Positions 37,801 to 52,800 of a stretch of 64,000 nt of DNA are shown here, piece after piece; within the stretch, counting starts at the first letter, position 1; each line of letters starts with the position of its first letter. The translations under genes were made by a program, and so were the position numbers. Below the pieces are notes generated by a model that was given only the letters and a program-made list of their open reading frames with translations, was not told the origin of the DNA and did no database searches. Where the stretch lies: positions 22,568,001 to 22,632,000 of the forward strand of contig OZ024741.1 in the NCBI GenBank assembly GCA_964016885.1, written 5' to 3'. This stretch comes from Eledone cirrhosa. Lineage: Eukaryota.

Positions 37801-40800
37801 TGTTGACCTACAGTAGTCCTACATATCCTTGGTAAGATGACAGTCTACTAGTGAAGTTGTTGACCTACAACAGTCCTACATATCCTTGGTAAGATGACAG
37901 TCTACTAGTGAAGTTGTTGACCTACAACAGTCCTACATATCCTTGGTAAGATGAGAGTCTATTAGTGAAGTTGTTGACCTACAACAGTCCTACATATCCT
38001 TGGTAAGATGACAGTCTACTAGTGAAGATGTTGACCTACAACAGTCCTACATATCCTTGGTAAGGTAACAGTCTACTAGTGAAGTTGTTGACCTACAGCA
38101 GTCCAACATATCCTTGGTAAGATGACAGTCTACTAGTGAAGTTGTTGACCTACAGCAGTGCTACATGTCCTTGGTAAGATGACAGTCTACTAGTGAAGTT
38201 GTTGACCTACAACAGTCCTACATATCCTTGGTAAGATGACAGTCTACTAGTGAAGTTGTTGACCTACAGCAGTCCTACAAATCCTTGGAAAGATGACAGT
38301 CTACTAGTGAAGTTGTTGACCTACAGCAGTCCTACATATCCTTGGTAAGATGACAGTCTACTAGTGAAGTTGACCTACAACAGTCCTACATGTCCTTGGT
38401 AAGATGACAGTCTACTAGTGAAGTTGTTGACCTACAACAGTCCTACATATCCTTGGTAAGATGACAGTCTACTAGTGAAGCTGTTGACCTACAACAGTCC
38501 TACATATACTTGGTAAGATGACAGTCTACTAGTTAAGTTGTTGACCTACAACAGTCCTACATGTCCTTGGTAAGATGACAGTCTACTAGTGAAGTTGTTG
38601 ACCTACAGCAGTCCTACATATCCTTGGTAAGATGACAGTCTACTAGTGAAGCTGTTTACCTACAACAGTCTTACATGTCCTTGGTAAGATGACAGTCTAC
38701 TAGTGAAGTTGTTGACCTACAGCAGTCCTACATGTCCTTGGTAAGATGACAGTCTACTAGTGAAGCTGTTGACCTACAACAGTCCTACATATCCTTGGTA
38801 AGATGACAGTCTACTGGTGAAGCTGTTGACCTACAACAGTCCTACATGTCCTTGGTAAGATGACAGTCTACTAGTGAAGTTGTTGACCTACAACAGTCCT
38901 ACATATCCTTGGTAAGATGACAGTCTACTAGTGAAGCTGTTGACCTACAACAGTCCTACATATCCTTGGTAAGATGACAGTCCATTAGTGAAGTTGTTGA
39001 CCTACAGTAGTCCTACATATCCTTGGTAAGATGACAGTCTACTAGTGAAGTTGTTGACCTACAACAGTCCTACATATCCTTGGTAAGATGACAGTCTACT
39101 AGTGAAGTTGTTGACCTACAACAGTCCTACATATCCTTGGTAAGATGAGAGTCTATTAGTGAAGTTGTTGACCTACAACAGTCCTACATATCCTTGGTAA
39201 GATGACAGTCTACTAGTGAAGTTGTTGACCTACAACAGTCCTACATATCCTTGGTAAGATGACAGTCTACTAGTGAAGCTGTTGACCTACAACAGTCCTA
39301 CATATCCTTGGTAAGATGACAGTCTACTAGTGAAGCTGTTGACCTACAACAGTCCTACATATCCTTGGTAAGGTAACAGTCTACTAGTGAAGTTGTTGAC
39401 CTACAGCAGTCCTACATATCCTTGATAAGATGACAGTCTACTAGTGAAGTTGTTGACCTACAGTAGTCCTACATATCCTTGGTAAGATGACAGTCTACTA
39501 GTGAATTTGTTGACCTACAGCAGTCCTACATATCCTTGGTAAGATGACAGTCTACTAGTGAAGCTGTTGACCTACAACAGTCCTACATATCCTTTGTAAG
39601 ATGACAGTCTACTAGTGACGCTGTTGACCTACAAGAGTCCTACATATCCTTGGGAAGATGACAGTCTACTAGTGAAGCTGTTGACCTACAACAGTCCTAC
39701 ATATCCTTGGTAAGATAACAGTCTACTAGTGATTTTGTTGACCTACAGCAGTCCAACATATCCTTGGTAAGATGACAGTCTACTAGTGAAGTTGTTGACC
39801 TACAACAGTCCTACATATCCTTGGTAAGATGACAGTCTACTAGTGAAGTTGTTGACCTACAACAGTCCTACATGTCCTTGGTAAGATGACAGTCTACTAG
39901 TGAAGTTGTTGACCTACAGCAGTCCTACATGTCCTTGGTAAGATGACAGTCTACTAGTGAAGCTGTTGACCTACAACAGTCCTACATATCCTTGGTAAGA
40001 TGACAGTCTACTGGTGAAGCTGTTGACCTACAACAGTCCTACATGTCCTTGGTAAGATGACAGTCTACTAGTGAAGTTGTTGACCTACAACAGTCCTACA
40101 TATCCTTGGTAAGATGACAGTCTACTAGTGAAGCTGTTGACCTACAACAGTCCTACATATCCTTGGTAAGATGACAGTCCATTAGTGAAGTTGTTGACCT
40201 ACAGTAGTCCTACATATCCTTGGTAAAATGACAGTCTACTAGTGAAGTTGTTGACCTACAACAGTCCTACATATCCTTGGTAAGATGACAGTCTACTAGT
40301 GAAGTTGTTGACCTACAACAGTCCTACATATCCTTGGTAAGATGAGAGTCTATTAGTGAAGTTGTTGACCTACAACAGTCCTACATATCCTTGGTAAGAT
40401 GACAGTCTACTAGTGAAGTTGTTGACCTACAACAGTCCTACATATCCTTGGTAAGGTAACAGTCTACTAGTGAAGTTGTTGACCTACAGCAGTCCTACAT
40501 ATCCTTGATAAGATGACAGTCTACTAGTGAAGTTGTTGACCTACAGTAGTCCTACATATCCTTGGTAAGATGACAGTCTACTAGTGAATTTGTTGACCTA
40601 CAGCAGTCCAACATATCCTTGGTAAGATGACAGTCTACTAGTGAAGTTGTTGACCTACAGCAGTCCTACATGTCCTTGGTAAGATGACAGTCTACTAGTG
40701 AAGTTGTTGACCTACAACAGTCCTACATATCCTTGGTAAGATGACAGTCTACTAGTAAATTTGTTGACCTACAGCAGTCCTACATGTCCTTGGTAAGATG

Positions 40801-43800
40801 ACAGTCTACTAGTGAAGGTGTTGACCTATAACAGTCCTACATATCCTTGGTAAGATGACAGTCTACTAGTGAAGTTGACCTACAACAGTCCTACATGTCC
40901 TTGGTAAGATGACAGTCTACTAGTGAAGTTGTTGACCTACAGCAGTCCTACATGTCCTCGGTAAGATAACAGTCTACTAGTGAAGTTGTTGACCTACAAC
41001 AGTCCTACATATCCTTGGTAAGATGACAGTCTACTAGTAAATTTGTTGACCTACAGCAGTCCAACATATCCTTGGTAAGATGACAGTCTACTAGTGAAGT
41101 TGTTGACCTACAGTAGTCCTACATGTCCTTGGTAAGATGACAGTCTACTAGTGAAGTTGTTGACCTACAGCAGTCTTACATATCCTTGGTAAGATGACAG
41201 TATACTAGTGAAGTTGTTGACCTACAGCAGTCCCACATATCCTTGGTAAAATGACAGACTACTAGTGAAGTTGTTGACCTACAACAGTCCTACATATCCT
41301 TGGTAAGATGACAGTCTACTAGTGAAGTTGTTGACCTACAACAGTCCTACATATCCTTGGTAAGATGACAGTCTACTAGTGAAGTTGTTGACCTACAACA
41401 GTCCTACATATCCTTGGTAAGATGACAGTCTACTAGTGAATTTGTTGACCTACAACAGTCCTACATATCCTTGGTAAGATGACAGTCTACTAGTGAAGCT
41501 ATTGACCTACAACAGTCCTACATATCCTTGGTAAGATGACAGTCTACTAGTGAAGTTGTTGACCTACAACAGTCCTACATATCCTTGGTAAGATGACAGT
41601 CTACTAGTGAAGCCGTTGACCTACAACAGTCCTACATATCCTTGGTAAGATGACAGTCTACTAGTGAAGCTGTTGACCTACAACAGTCCTACATATCCTT
41701 GGTAAGGTAACAGTCTACTAGTGAAGTTGTTGACCTACAGCAGTCCAACATATCCTTGGTAAGATGACAGTCTACTAGTGAAGTTGTTGACCTACAGCAG
41801 TGCTACATGTCCTTGGTAAGATGACAGTCTACTAGTGAAGTTGTTGACCTACAACAGTCCTACATATCCTTGGTAAGATGACAGTCTACTAGTGAAGTTG
41901 TTGACCTACAGCAGTCCTACAAATCCTTGGAAAGATGACAGTCTACTAGTGAAGTTGTTGACCTACAGCAGTCCTACATATCCTTGGTAAGATGACAGTC
42001 TACTAGTGAAGTTGACCTACAACAGTCCTACATGTCCTTGGTAAGATGACAGTCTACTAGTGAAGTTGTTGACCTACAACAGTCCTACATATCCTTGGTA
42101 AGATGACAGTCTACTAGTGAAGCTGTTGACCTACAACAGTCCTACATATACTTGGTAAGATGACAGTCTACTAGTTAAGTTGTTGACCTACAACAGTCCT
42201 ACATGTCCTTGGTAAGATGACAGTCTACTAGTGAAGTTGTTGACCTACAGCAGTCCTACATATCCTTGGTAAGATGACAGTCTACTAGTGAAGCTGTTTA
42301 CCTACAACAGTCTTACATGTCCTTGGTAAGATGACAGTCTACTAGTGAAGTTGTTGACCTACAGCAGTCCTACATGTCCTTGGTAAGATGACAGTCTACT
42401 AGTGAAGCTGTTGACCTACAACAGTCCTACATATCCTTGGTAAGATGACAGTCTACTGGTGAAGCTGTTGACCTACAACAGTCCTACATGTCCTTGGTAA
42501 GATGACAGTCTACTAGTGAAGTTGTTGACCTACAACAGTCCTACATATCCTTGGTAAGATGACAGTCTACTAGTGAAGCTGTTGACCTACAACAGTCCTA
42601 CATATCCTTGGTAAGATGACAGTCCATTAGTGAAGTTGTTGACCTACAATAGTCCTACATATCCTTGGTAAGATGACAGTCTACTAGTGAAGTTGTTGAC
42701 CTACAACAGTCCTACATATCCTTGGTAAGATGACAGTCTACTAGTGAAGCTGTTGACCTACAACAGTCCTACATATCCTTGGTAAGATGACAGTCTACTA
42801 GTGAAGCTGTTGACCTACAACAGTCCTACATATCCTTGGTAAGGTAACAGTCTACTAGTGAAGTTGTTGACCAACAGCAGTCCTACATATCCTTGATAAG
42901 ATGACAGTCTACTAGTGAAGTTGTTGACCTACAGTAGTCCTACATATCCTTGGTAAGATGACAGTCTACTAGTGAATTTGTTGACCTACAGCAGTCCAAC
43001 ATATCCTTGGTAAGATGACAGTCTACTACTGAAGTTGTTGACCTACAGCAGTCCTACATGTCCTTGGTAAGATGACAGTCTACTAGTGAAGTTGTTGACC
43101 TACAACAGTCCTACATATCCTTGGTAAGATGACAGTCTACTAGTGATGTTGTTGACCTACAGCAGTCCTACAAATCCTTGGTAAGATGACAGTTACTAGT
43201 GAAGTTGTTGACCTACAGCAGTCCTACATATCCTTGGTAAGATGACAGTCTACTAGTGAAGTTGACCTACAACAGTCCTACATGTCCTTGGTAAGATGAC
43301 AGTCTACTAGTGAAGTTGTTGACCTACAGCAGTCCTACATGTCCTCGGTAAGATAACAGTCTACTAGTGAAGTTGTTGACCTACAACAGTCCTACATATC
43401 CTTGGTAAGATGACAGTCTACTAGTAAATTTGTTGACCTACAGCAGTCCAACATATCCTTGGTAAGATGACTGTCTACTAGTGAAGTTGTTGACCTACAG
43501 TAGTCCTACATGTCCTTGGTAAGATGACAGTCTACTAGTGAAGTTGTTGACCTACAGCAGTCTTACATATCCTTGGTAAGATGACAGTATACTAGTGAAG
43601 TTATTGACCTACAGCAGTCCCACATATCCTTGGTAAAATGACAGACTACTAGTGAAGTTGTTGACCTACAACAGTCCTACATATCCTTGGTAAGATGACA
43701 GTCTACTAGTGAAGTTGTTGACCTACAACAGTCCTACATATCCTTGGTAAGATGACAGTCTACTAGTGAAGTTGTTGACCTACAACAGTCCTGCATATCC

Positions 43801-46800
43801 TTGGTAAGATGACAGTCTACTAGTGAATTTGTTGACCTACAGCAGTCCAACATATCCTTGGTAATATGACAGTCTACTAGTGAAGTTGTTGACCTACAGC
43901 AGTCCTACATGTCCTTGGTAAGATGACAGTCTACTAGTGAAGTTGTTGACCTACAACAGTCCTACATATCCTTGGTAAGATGACAGTCTACTAGTGAAGT
44001 TGTTGACCTACGGCAGTCCTACATATCCTTGGTAAGATGACAGTCTACTAGTGAAGTTGACCTACAACAGTCCTACATGTCCTTGGTAAGATGACAGTCT
44101 ACTAGTGAAGTTGTTGACCTACAACAGTCCTACATATCCTTGGTAAGATGACAGTCTACGAGTGAAGCTGTTGACCTACAACAGTCCTACATATACTTGG
44201 TAAGATGACAGTCTACTAGTGAAGTTGTTGACCTACAACAGTCCTACATGTCCTTGGTAAGATGACAGTCTACTAGTGAAGTTGTTGACCTACAGCAGTC
44301 CTACATATCCTTGGTAAGATGACAGTCTACTAGTGAAGCTGTTTACCTACAACAGTCTTACATGTCCTTGGTAAGATGACAGTCTACTAGTGAAGTTGTT
44401 GACCTACAGCAGTCCTACATGTCCTTGGTAATATGACAGTCTACTAGTGAAGCTGTTGACCTACAAGAGTCCTACATATCCTTGGTAAGATGACAGTCTA
44501 CTAGTGAAGCTGTTGACCTACAACAGTCCTACATGTCCTTGGTAAGATGACAGTCTACTAGTGAAGTTGTTGACCTATAACAGTCCTACATATCCTTGGT
44601 AAGATGACAGTCTACTAGTGAAGTTGTTGACCTACAGCAGTCCTACATATCCTTGGTAAGATGACAGTCTACTAGTGAAGTTGTTGACCTACAACAGTCC
44701 TACATATCCTTGGTAAGATGACAGTCTACTAGTAAATTTGTTGACCTACAGCAGTCCTACATGTCCTTGGTAAGATGACAGTCTACTAGTGAAGGTGTTG
44801 ACCTATAACAGTCCTACATATCCTTGGTAAGATGACAGTCTACTAGTGAAGTTGACCTACAACAGTCCTACATGTCCTTGGTAAGATGACAGTCTACTAG
44901 TGAAGTTGTTGACCTACAGCAGTCCTACATGTCCTCGGTAAGATAACAGTCTACTAGTGAAGTTGTTGACCTACAACAGTCCTACATATCCTTGGTAAGA
45001 TGACAGTCTACTAGTAAATTTGTTGACCTACAGCAGTCCAACATATCCTTGGTAAGATGACAGTCTACTAGTGAAGTTGTTGACCTACAGTAGTCCTACA
45101 TGTCCTTGGTAAGATGACAGTCTACTAGTGAAGTTGTTGACCTACAGCAGTCTTACATATCCTTGGTAAGATGACAGTATACTAGTGAAGTTGTTGACCT
45201 ACAGCAGTCCCACATATCCTTGGTAAAATGACAGACTACTAGTGAAGTTGTTGACCTACAACAGTCCTACATATCCTTGGTAAGATGACAGTCTACTAGT
45301 GAAGTTGTTGACCTACAACAGTCCTACATATCCTTGGTAAGATGACAGTCTACTAGTGAAGTTGTTGACCTACAACAGTCCTACATATCCTTGGTAAGAT
45401 GACAGTCTACTAGTGAATTTGTTGACCTACAACAGTCCTACATATCCTTGGTAAGATGACAGTCTACTAGTGAAGTTGTTGACCTACAACAGTCCTACAT
45501 ATCCTTGGTAAGATGACAGTCTACTAGTGAAGTTGTTGACCTACAACAGTCCTACATATCCTTGGTAAGATGACAGTCTACTAGTGAAGCCGTTGACCTA
45601 CAACAGTCCTACATATCCTTGGTAAGATGACAGTCTACTAGTGAAGCTGTTGACCTACAACAGTCCTACATATCCTTGGTAAGGTAACAGTCTACTAGTG
45701 AAGTTGTTGACCTACAGCAGTCCAACATATCCTTGGTAAGATGACAGTCTACTAGTGAAGTTGTTGACCTACAGCAGTGCTACATGTCCTTGGTAAGATG
45801 ACAGTCTACTAGTGAAGTTGTTGACCTACAACAGTCCTACATATCCTTGGTAAGATGACAGTCTACTAGTGAAGTTGTTGACCTACAGCAGTCCTACAAA
45901 TCCTTGGAAAGATGACAGTCTACTAGTGAAGTTGTTGACCTACAGCAGTCCTACATATCCTTGGTAAGATGACAGTCTACTAGTGAAGTTGACCTACAAC
46001 AGTCCTACATGTCCTTGGTAAGATGACAGTCTACTAGTGAAGTTGTTGACCTACAACAGTCCTACATATCCTTGGTAAGATGACAGTCTACTAGTGAAGC
46101 TGTTGACCTACAACAGTCCTACATATACTTGGTAAGATGACAGTCTACTAGTTAAGTTGTTGACCTACAACAGTCCTACATGTCCTTGGTAAGATGACAG
46201 TCTACTAGTGAAGTTGTTGACCTACAGCAGTCCTACATATCCTTGGTAAGATGACAGTCTACTAGTGAAGCTGTTTACCTACAACAGTCTTACATGTCCT
46301 TGGTAAGATGACAGTCTACTAGTGAAGTTGTTGACCTACAGCAGTCCTACATGTCCTTGGTAAGATGACAGTCTACTAGTGAAGCTGTTGACCTACAACA
46401 GTCCTACATATCCTTGGTAAGATGACAGTCTACTGGTGAAGCTGTTGACCTACAACAGTCCTACATGTCCTTGGTAAGATGACAGTCTACTAGTGAAGTT
46501 GTTGACCTACAACAGTCCTACATATCCTTGGTAAGATGACAGTCTACTAGTGAAGCTGTTGACCTACAACAGTCCTACATATCCTTGGTAAGATGACAGT
46601 CCATTAGTGAAGTTGTTGACCTACAATAGTCCTACATATCCTTGGTAAGATGACAGTCTACTAGTGAAGTTGTTGACCTACAACAGTCCTACATATCCTT
46701 GGTAAGATGACAGTCTACTAGTGAAGTTGTTGACCTACAACAGTCCTACATATCCTTGGTAAGATGAGAGTCTATTAGTGAAGTTGTTGACCTACAACAG

Positions 46801-49800
46801 TCCTACATATCCTTGGTAAGATGACAGTCTACTAGTGAAGTTGTTGACCTACAACAGTCCTACATATCCTTGGTAAGATGACAGTCTACTAGTGAAGCTG
46901 TTGACCTACAACAGTCCTACATATCCTTGGTAAGGTAACAGTCTACTAGTGAAGTTGTTGACCAACAGCAGTCCTACATATCCTTGATAAGATGACAGTC
47001 TACTAGTGAAGTTGTTGACCTACAGTAGTCCTACATATCCTTGGTAAGATGACAGTCTACTAGTGAAGTTGACCTACAACAGTCCTACATGTCCTTGGTA
47101 AGATGACAGTCTACTAGTGAAGTTGTTGACCTACAGCAGTCTTACATATCCTTGGTAAGATGACAGTATACTAGTGAAGTTATTGACCTACAGCAGTCCC
47201 ACATATCCTTGGTAAAATGACAGACTACTAGTGAAGTTGTTGACCTACAACAGTCCTACATATCCTTGGTAAGATGACAGTCTACTAGTGAAGTTGTTGA
47301 CCTACAACAGTCCTACATATCCTTGGTAAGATGACAGTCTACTAGTGAAGTTGTTGACCTACAACAGTCCTGCATATCCTTGGTAAGATGACAGTCTACT
47401 AGTGAATTTGTTGACCTACAGCAGTCCAACATATCCTTGGTAATATGACAGTCTACTAGTGAAGTTGTTGACCTACAGCAGTCCTACATGTCCTTGGTAA
47501 GATGACAGTCTACTAGTGAAGTTGTTGACCTACAACAGTCCTACATATCCTTGGTAAGATGACAGTCTACTAGTGAAGTTGTTGACCTACGGCAGTCCTA
47601 CATATCCTTGGTAAGATGACAGTCTACTAGTGAAGTTGACCTACAACAGTCCTACATGTCCTTGGTAAGATGACAGTCTACTAGTGAAGTTGTTGACCTA
47701 CAACAGTCCTACATATCCTTGGTAAGATGACAGTCTACGAGTGAAGCTGTTGACCTACAACAGTCCTACATATACTTGGTAAGATGACAGTCTACTAGTG
47801 AAGTTGTTGACCTACAACAGTCCTACATGTCCTTGGTAAGATGACAGTCTACTAGTGAAGTTGTTGACCTACAGCAGTCCTACATATCCTTGGTAAGATG
47901 ACAGTCTACTAGTGAAGCTGTTTACCTACAACAGTCTTACATGTCCTTGGTAAGATGACAGTCTACTAGTGAAGTTGTTGACCTACAGCAGTCCTACATG
48001 TCCTTGGTAATATGACAGTCTACTAGTGAAGCTGTTGACCTACAAGAGTCCTACATATCCTTGGTAAGATGACAGTCTACTAGTGAAGCTGTTGACCTAC
48101 AACAGTCCTACATGTCCTTGGTAAGATGACAGTCTACTAGTGAAGTTGTTGACCTACAACAGTCCTACATATCCTTGGTAAGATGACAGTCTACTAGTGA
48201 AGCTGTTGATCTACAACAGTCCTACATGTCCTTGGTAAGATGACAGTCTACTAGTGAAGTTGTTGACCTACAACGGTCCTACATATACTTGGTAAGATGA
48301 CAGTCTACTAGTGAAGTTGTTGACCTACAACAGTCCTACATATCCTTGTTAAGATGACAGTCTACTAGTGAAGTTGTTGACCTACAACGGTCCTACATAT
48401 CCTTGGTAAGATGACAGTCTACTAGTGAAGTTGTTGACCTACAACAGTCCTACATATCCTTGGTAAGATGACAGTCTACTAGTGAAGTTGTTGACCTACA
48501 ACAGTCCTACATATCCTTGGTAAGATGACAGTCTCCTAGTGAAGTTGTTGACCTACAACAGTCCTACATATCCTTTGTAAGATGACAGTCTACTAGTGAC
48601 GCTGTTGACCTACAAGAGTCCTACATATCCTTGGGAAGATGACAGTCTACTAGTGAAGCTGTTGACCTACAACAGTCCTACATATCCTTGGTAAGATAAC
48701 AGTCTACTAGTGAATTTGTTGACCTACAGCAGTCCAACATATCCTTGGTAAGATGACAGTCTACTAGTGAAGTTGTTGACCTACAACAGTCCTACATATC
48801 CTTGGTAAGATGACAGTCTACTAGTGAAGTTGTTGACCTACAACAGTCCTACATATCCTTGGTAAGATGACAGTCTACTAGTGAAGTTGTTGACCTACAA
48901 CAGTCCTACATATCCTTGGTAAGATGACAGTCTACTAGTGAAGTTGTTGACCTACAACAGTCCTACATATCCTTGGTAAGATGACAGTCTACTAGTGAAG
49001 TTGTTGACCTACAACAGTCCTACATGTCCTTGGTAAGATGACAGTCTACTAGTGAATTTGTTGACCTACAGCAGTCCAACATATCCTTGGTAATATGACA
49101 GTCTACTAGTGAAGTTGTTGACCTACAGCAGTCCTACATGTCCTTGGTAAGATGACAGTCTACTAGTGAAGTTGTTGACCTACAACAGTCCTACATATCC
49201 TTGGTAAGATGACAGTCTCCTAGTGAAGTTGTTGACCTACAACAGTCCTACATATCCTTGGTAAGATGACAGTCTACTAGTGAAGTTGTTGACCTACAAC
49301 AGTCCTACATATCCTTGGTAAGATGACAGTCTACTAGTGAAGCTGTTGACCTACAACAGTCCTACATATCCTTTGTAAGATGACAGTCTACTAGTGACGC
49401 TGTTGACCTACAAGAGTCCTACATATCCTTGGGAAGATGACAGTCTACTAGTGAAGCTGTTGACCTACAACAGTCCTACATATCCTTGGTAAGATGACAG
49501 TCTACTAGTGAAGTTGTTGACCTACAGCAGTCCTACATATCCTTGGTAAGATGACAGTCTACTAGTGAAGTTGACCTACAACAGTCCTACATGTCCTTGG
49601 TAAGATGACAGTCTACTAGTGAAGTTGTTGACCTACAACAGTCCTACATATCCTTGGTAAGATGACAGTCTACTAGTGAAGCTGTTGACCTACAACAGTC
49701 CTACATATACTTGGTAAGATGAGAGTCTACTAGTGAAGTTGTTGACCTACAACAGTCCTACATATCCTTGGTAAGATGACAGTCTACTAGTGAATTTGTT

Positions 49801-52800
49801 GACCTACAGCAGTCCAACATATCCTTGGTAAGATGACAGTCTACTAGTGAAGTTGTTGACCTACAGCAGTCCTACATGTCCTTGGTAAGATGACAGTCTA
49901 CTAGTGAAGTTGTTGACCTACAACAGTCCTACATATCCTTGGTAAGATGACAGTCTACTAGTGAAGTTGTTGACCTACAGCAGTCCTACAAATCCTTGGT
50001 AAGATGACAGTTTACTAGTGAATTTGTTGACCTACAGCAGTCGTACATATCCTTGGTAAGATGACAGTCTACTAGTGAAGTTGACCTACAACAGTCCTAC
50101 ATGTCCTTGGTAAGATGACAGTCTACTAGTGAAGTTGTTGACCTACAGCAGTCCTACATATCCTTGGTAAGATGACAGTCTACTAGTGAAGTTGTTGACC
50201 TACAACAGTCCTACATATCCTTGGTAAGATGACAGTCTACTAGTGAAGTTGTTGACCTACAACAGTCCTGCATATCCTTGGTAAGATGACAGTCTACTAG
50301 TGAATTTGTTGACCTACAGCAGTCCAACATATCCTTGGTAATATGACAGTCTACTAGTGAAGTTGTTGACCTACAGCAGTCCTACATGTCCTTGGTAAGA
50401 TGACAGTCTACTAGTGAAGTTGTTGACCTATAACAGTCCTACATATCCTTGGTAAGATGACAGTCTACAAGTGAAGTTGTTGACCTACGGCAGTCCTACA
50501 TATCCTTGGTAAGATGACAGTCTACTAGTGAAGTTGACCTACAACAGTCCTACATGTCCTTGGTAAGATGACAGTCTACTAGTGAAGTTGTTGACCTACA
50601 ACAGTCCTACATATCCTTGGTAAGATGACAGTCTACGAGTGAAGCTGTTGACCTACAACAGTCCTACATATACTTGGTAAGATGACAGTCTACTAGTGAA
50701 GTTGTTGACCTACAGCAGTCCTACATATCCTTGGTAAGATGACAGTCTACTAGTGAAGCTGTTTACCTACAACAGTCTTACATGTCCTTGGTAAGATGAC
50801 AGTCTACTAGTGAAGTTGTTGACCTACAGCAGTCCTACATGTCCTTGGTAATATGACAGTCTACTAGTGAAGCTGTTGACCTACAAGAGTCCTACATATC
50901 CTTGGTAAGATGACAGTCTACTAGTGAAGCTGTTGACCTACAACAGTCCTACATGTCCTTGGTAAGATGACAGTCTACTAGTGAAGTTGTTGACCTACAA
51001 CAGTCCTACATATCCTTGGTAAGATGACAGTCTACTAGTGAAGCTGTTGATCTACAACAGTCCTACATGTCCTTGGTAAGATGACAGTCTACTAGTGAAG
51101 TTGTTGACCTACAACGGTCCTACATATACTTGGTAAGATGACAGTCTACTAGTGAAGTTGTTGACCTACAACAGTCCTACATATCCTTGTTAAGATGACA
51201 GTCTACTAGTGAAGTTGTTGACCTACAACGGTCCTACATATCCTTGGTAAGATGACAGTCTACTAGTGAAGTTGTTGACCTACAACAGTCCTACATATCC
51301 TTGGTAAGATGACAGTCTACTAGTGAAGTTGTTGACCTACAACAGTCCTACATATCCTTGGTAAGATGACAGTCTCCTAGTGAAGTTGTTGACCTACAAC
51401 AGTCCTACATATCCTTTGTAAGATGACAGTCTACTAGTGACGCTGTTGACCTACAAGAGTCCTACATATCCTTGGGAAGATGACAGTCTACTAGTGAAGC
51501 TGTTGACCTACAACAGTCCTACATATCCTTGGTAAGATAACAGTCTACTAGTGAATTTGTTGACCTACAGCAGTCCAACATATCCTTGGTAAGATGACAG
51601 TCTACTAGTGAAGTTGTTGACCTACAACAGTCCTACATATCCTTGGTAAGATGACAGTCTACTAGTGAAGTTGTTGACCTACAACAGTCCTACATATCCT
51701 TGGTAAGATGACAGTCTCCTAGTGAAGTTGTTGACCTACAACAGTCCTACATATCCTTGGTAAGATGACAGTCTACTAGTGAAGTTGTTGACCTACAACA
51801 GTCCTACATATCCTTGGTAAGATGACAGTCTACTAGTGAAGCTGTTGACCTACAACAGTCCTACATATCCTTTGTAAGATGACAGTCTACTAGTGACGCT
51901 GTTGACCTACAAGAGTCCTACATATCCTTGGGAAGATGACAGTCTACTAGTGAAGCTGTTGACCTACAACAGTCCTACATATCCTTGGTAAGATGACAGT
52001 CTACTAGTGAAGTTGTTGACCTACAGCAGTCCTACATATCCTTGGTAAGATGACAGTCTACTAGTGAAGTTGTTGACCTACAACAGTCCTACATATCCTT
52101 GGTAAGATGACAGTCTACTAGTGAAGCTGTTGACCTACAACAGTCCTACATATACTTGGTAAGATGAGAGTCTACTAGTGAAGTTGTTGACCTACAACAG
52201 TCCTACATATCCTTGGTAAGATGACAGTCTACTAGTGAATTTGTTGACCTACAGCAGTCCAACATATCCTTGGTAAGATGACAGTCTACTAGTGAAGTTG
52301 TTGACCTACAGCAGTCCTACATGTCCTTGGTAAGATGACAGTCTACTAGTGAAGTTGTTGACCTACAACAGTCCTACATATCCTTGGTAAGATGACAGTC
52401 TACTAGTGAAGTTGTTGACCTACAGCAGTCCTACAAATCCTTGGTAAGATGACAGTTTACTAGTGAAGTTGTTGACCTACAGCAGTCGTACATATCCTTG
52501 GTAAGATGACAGTCTACTAGTGAAGTTGACCTACAACAGTCCTACATGTCCTTGGTAAGATGACAGTCTACTAGTGAAGTTGTTGACCTACAGCAGTCCT
52601 ACATGTCCTCGGTAAGATAACAGTCTACTAGTGAAGTTGTTGACCTACAACAGTCCTACATATCCTTGGTAAGATGACAGTCTACTTGTGAAGTTGTTGA
52701 CCTACAGTAGTCCTACATGTCCTTGGTAAGATGACAGTCTACTAGTGAAGTTGTTGACCAACAGCAGTCTTACATATCCTTGGTAAGATGACAGTATACT

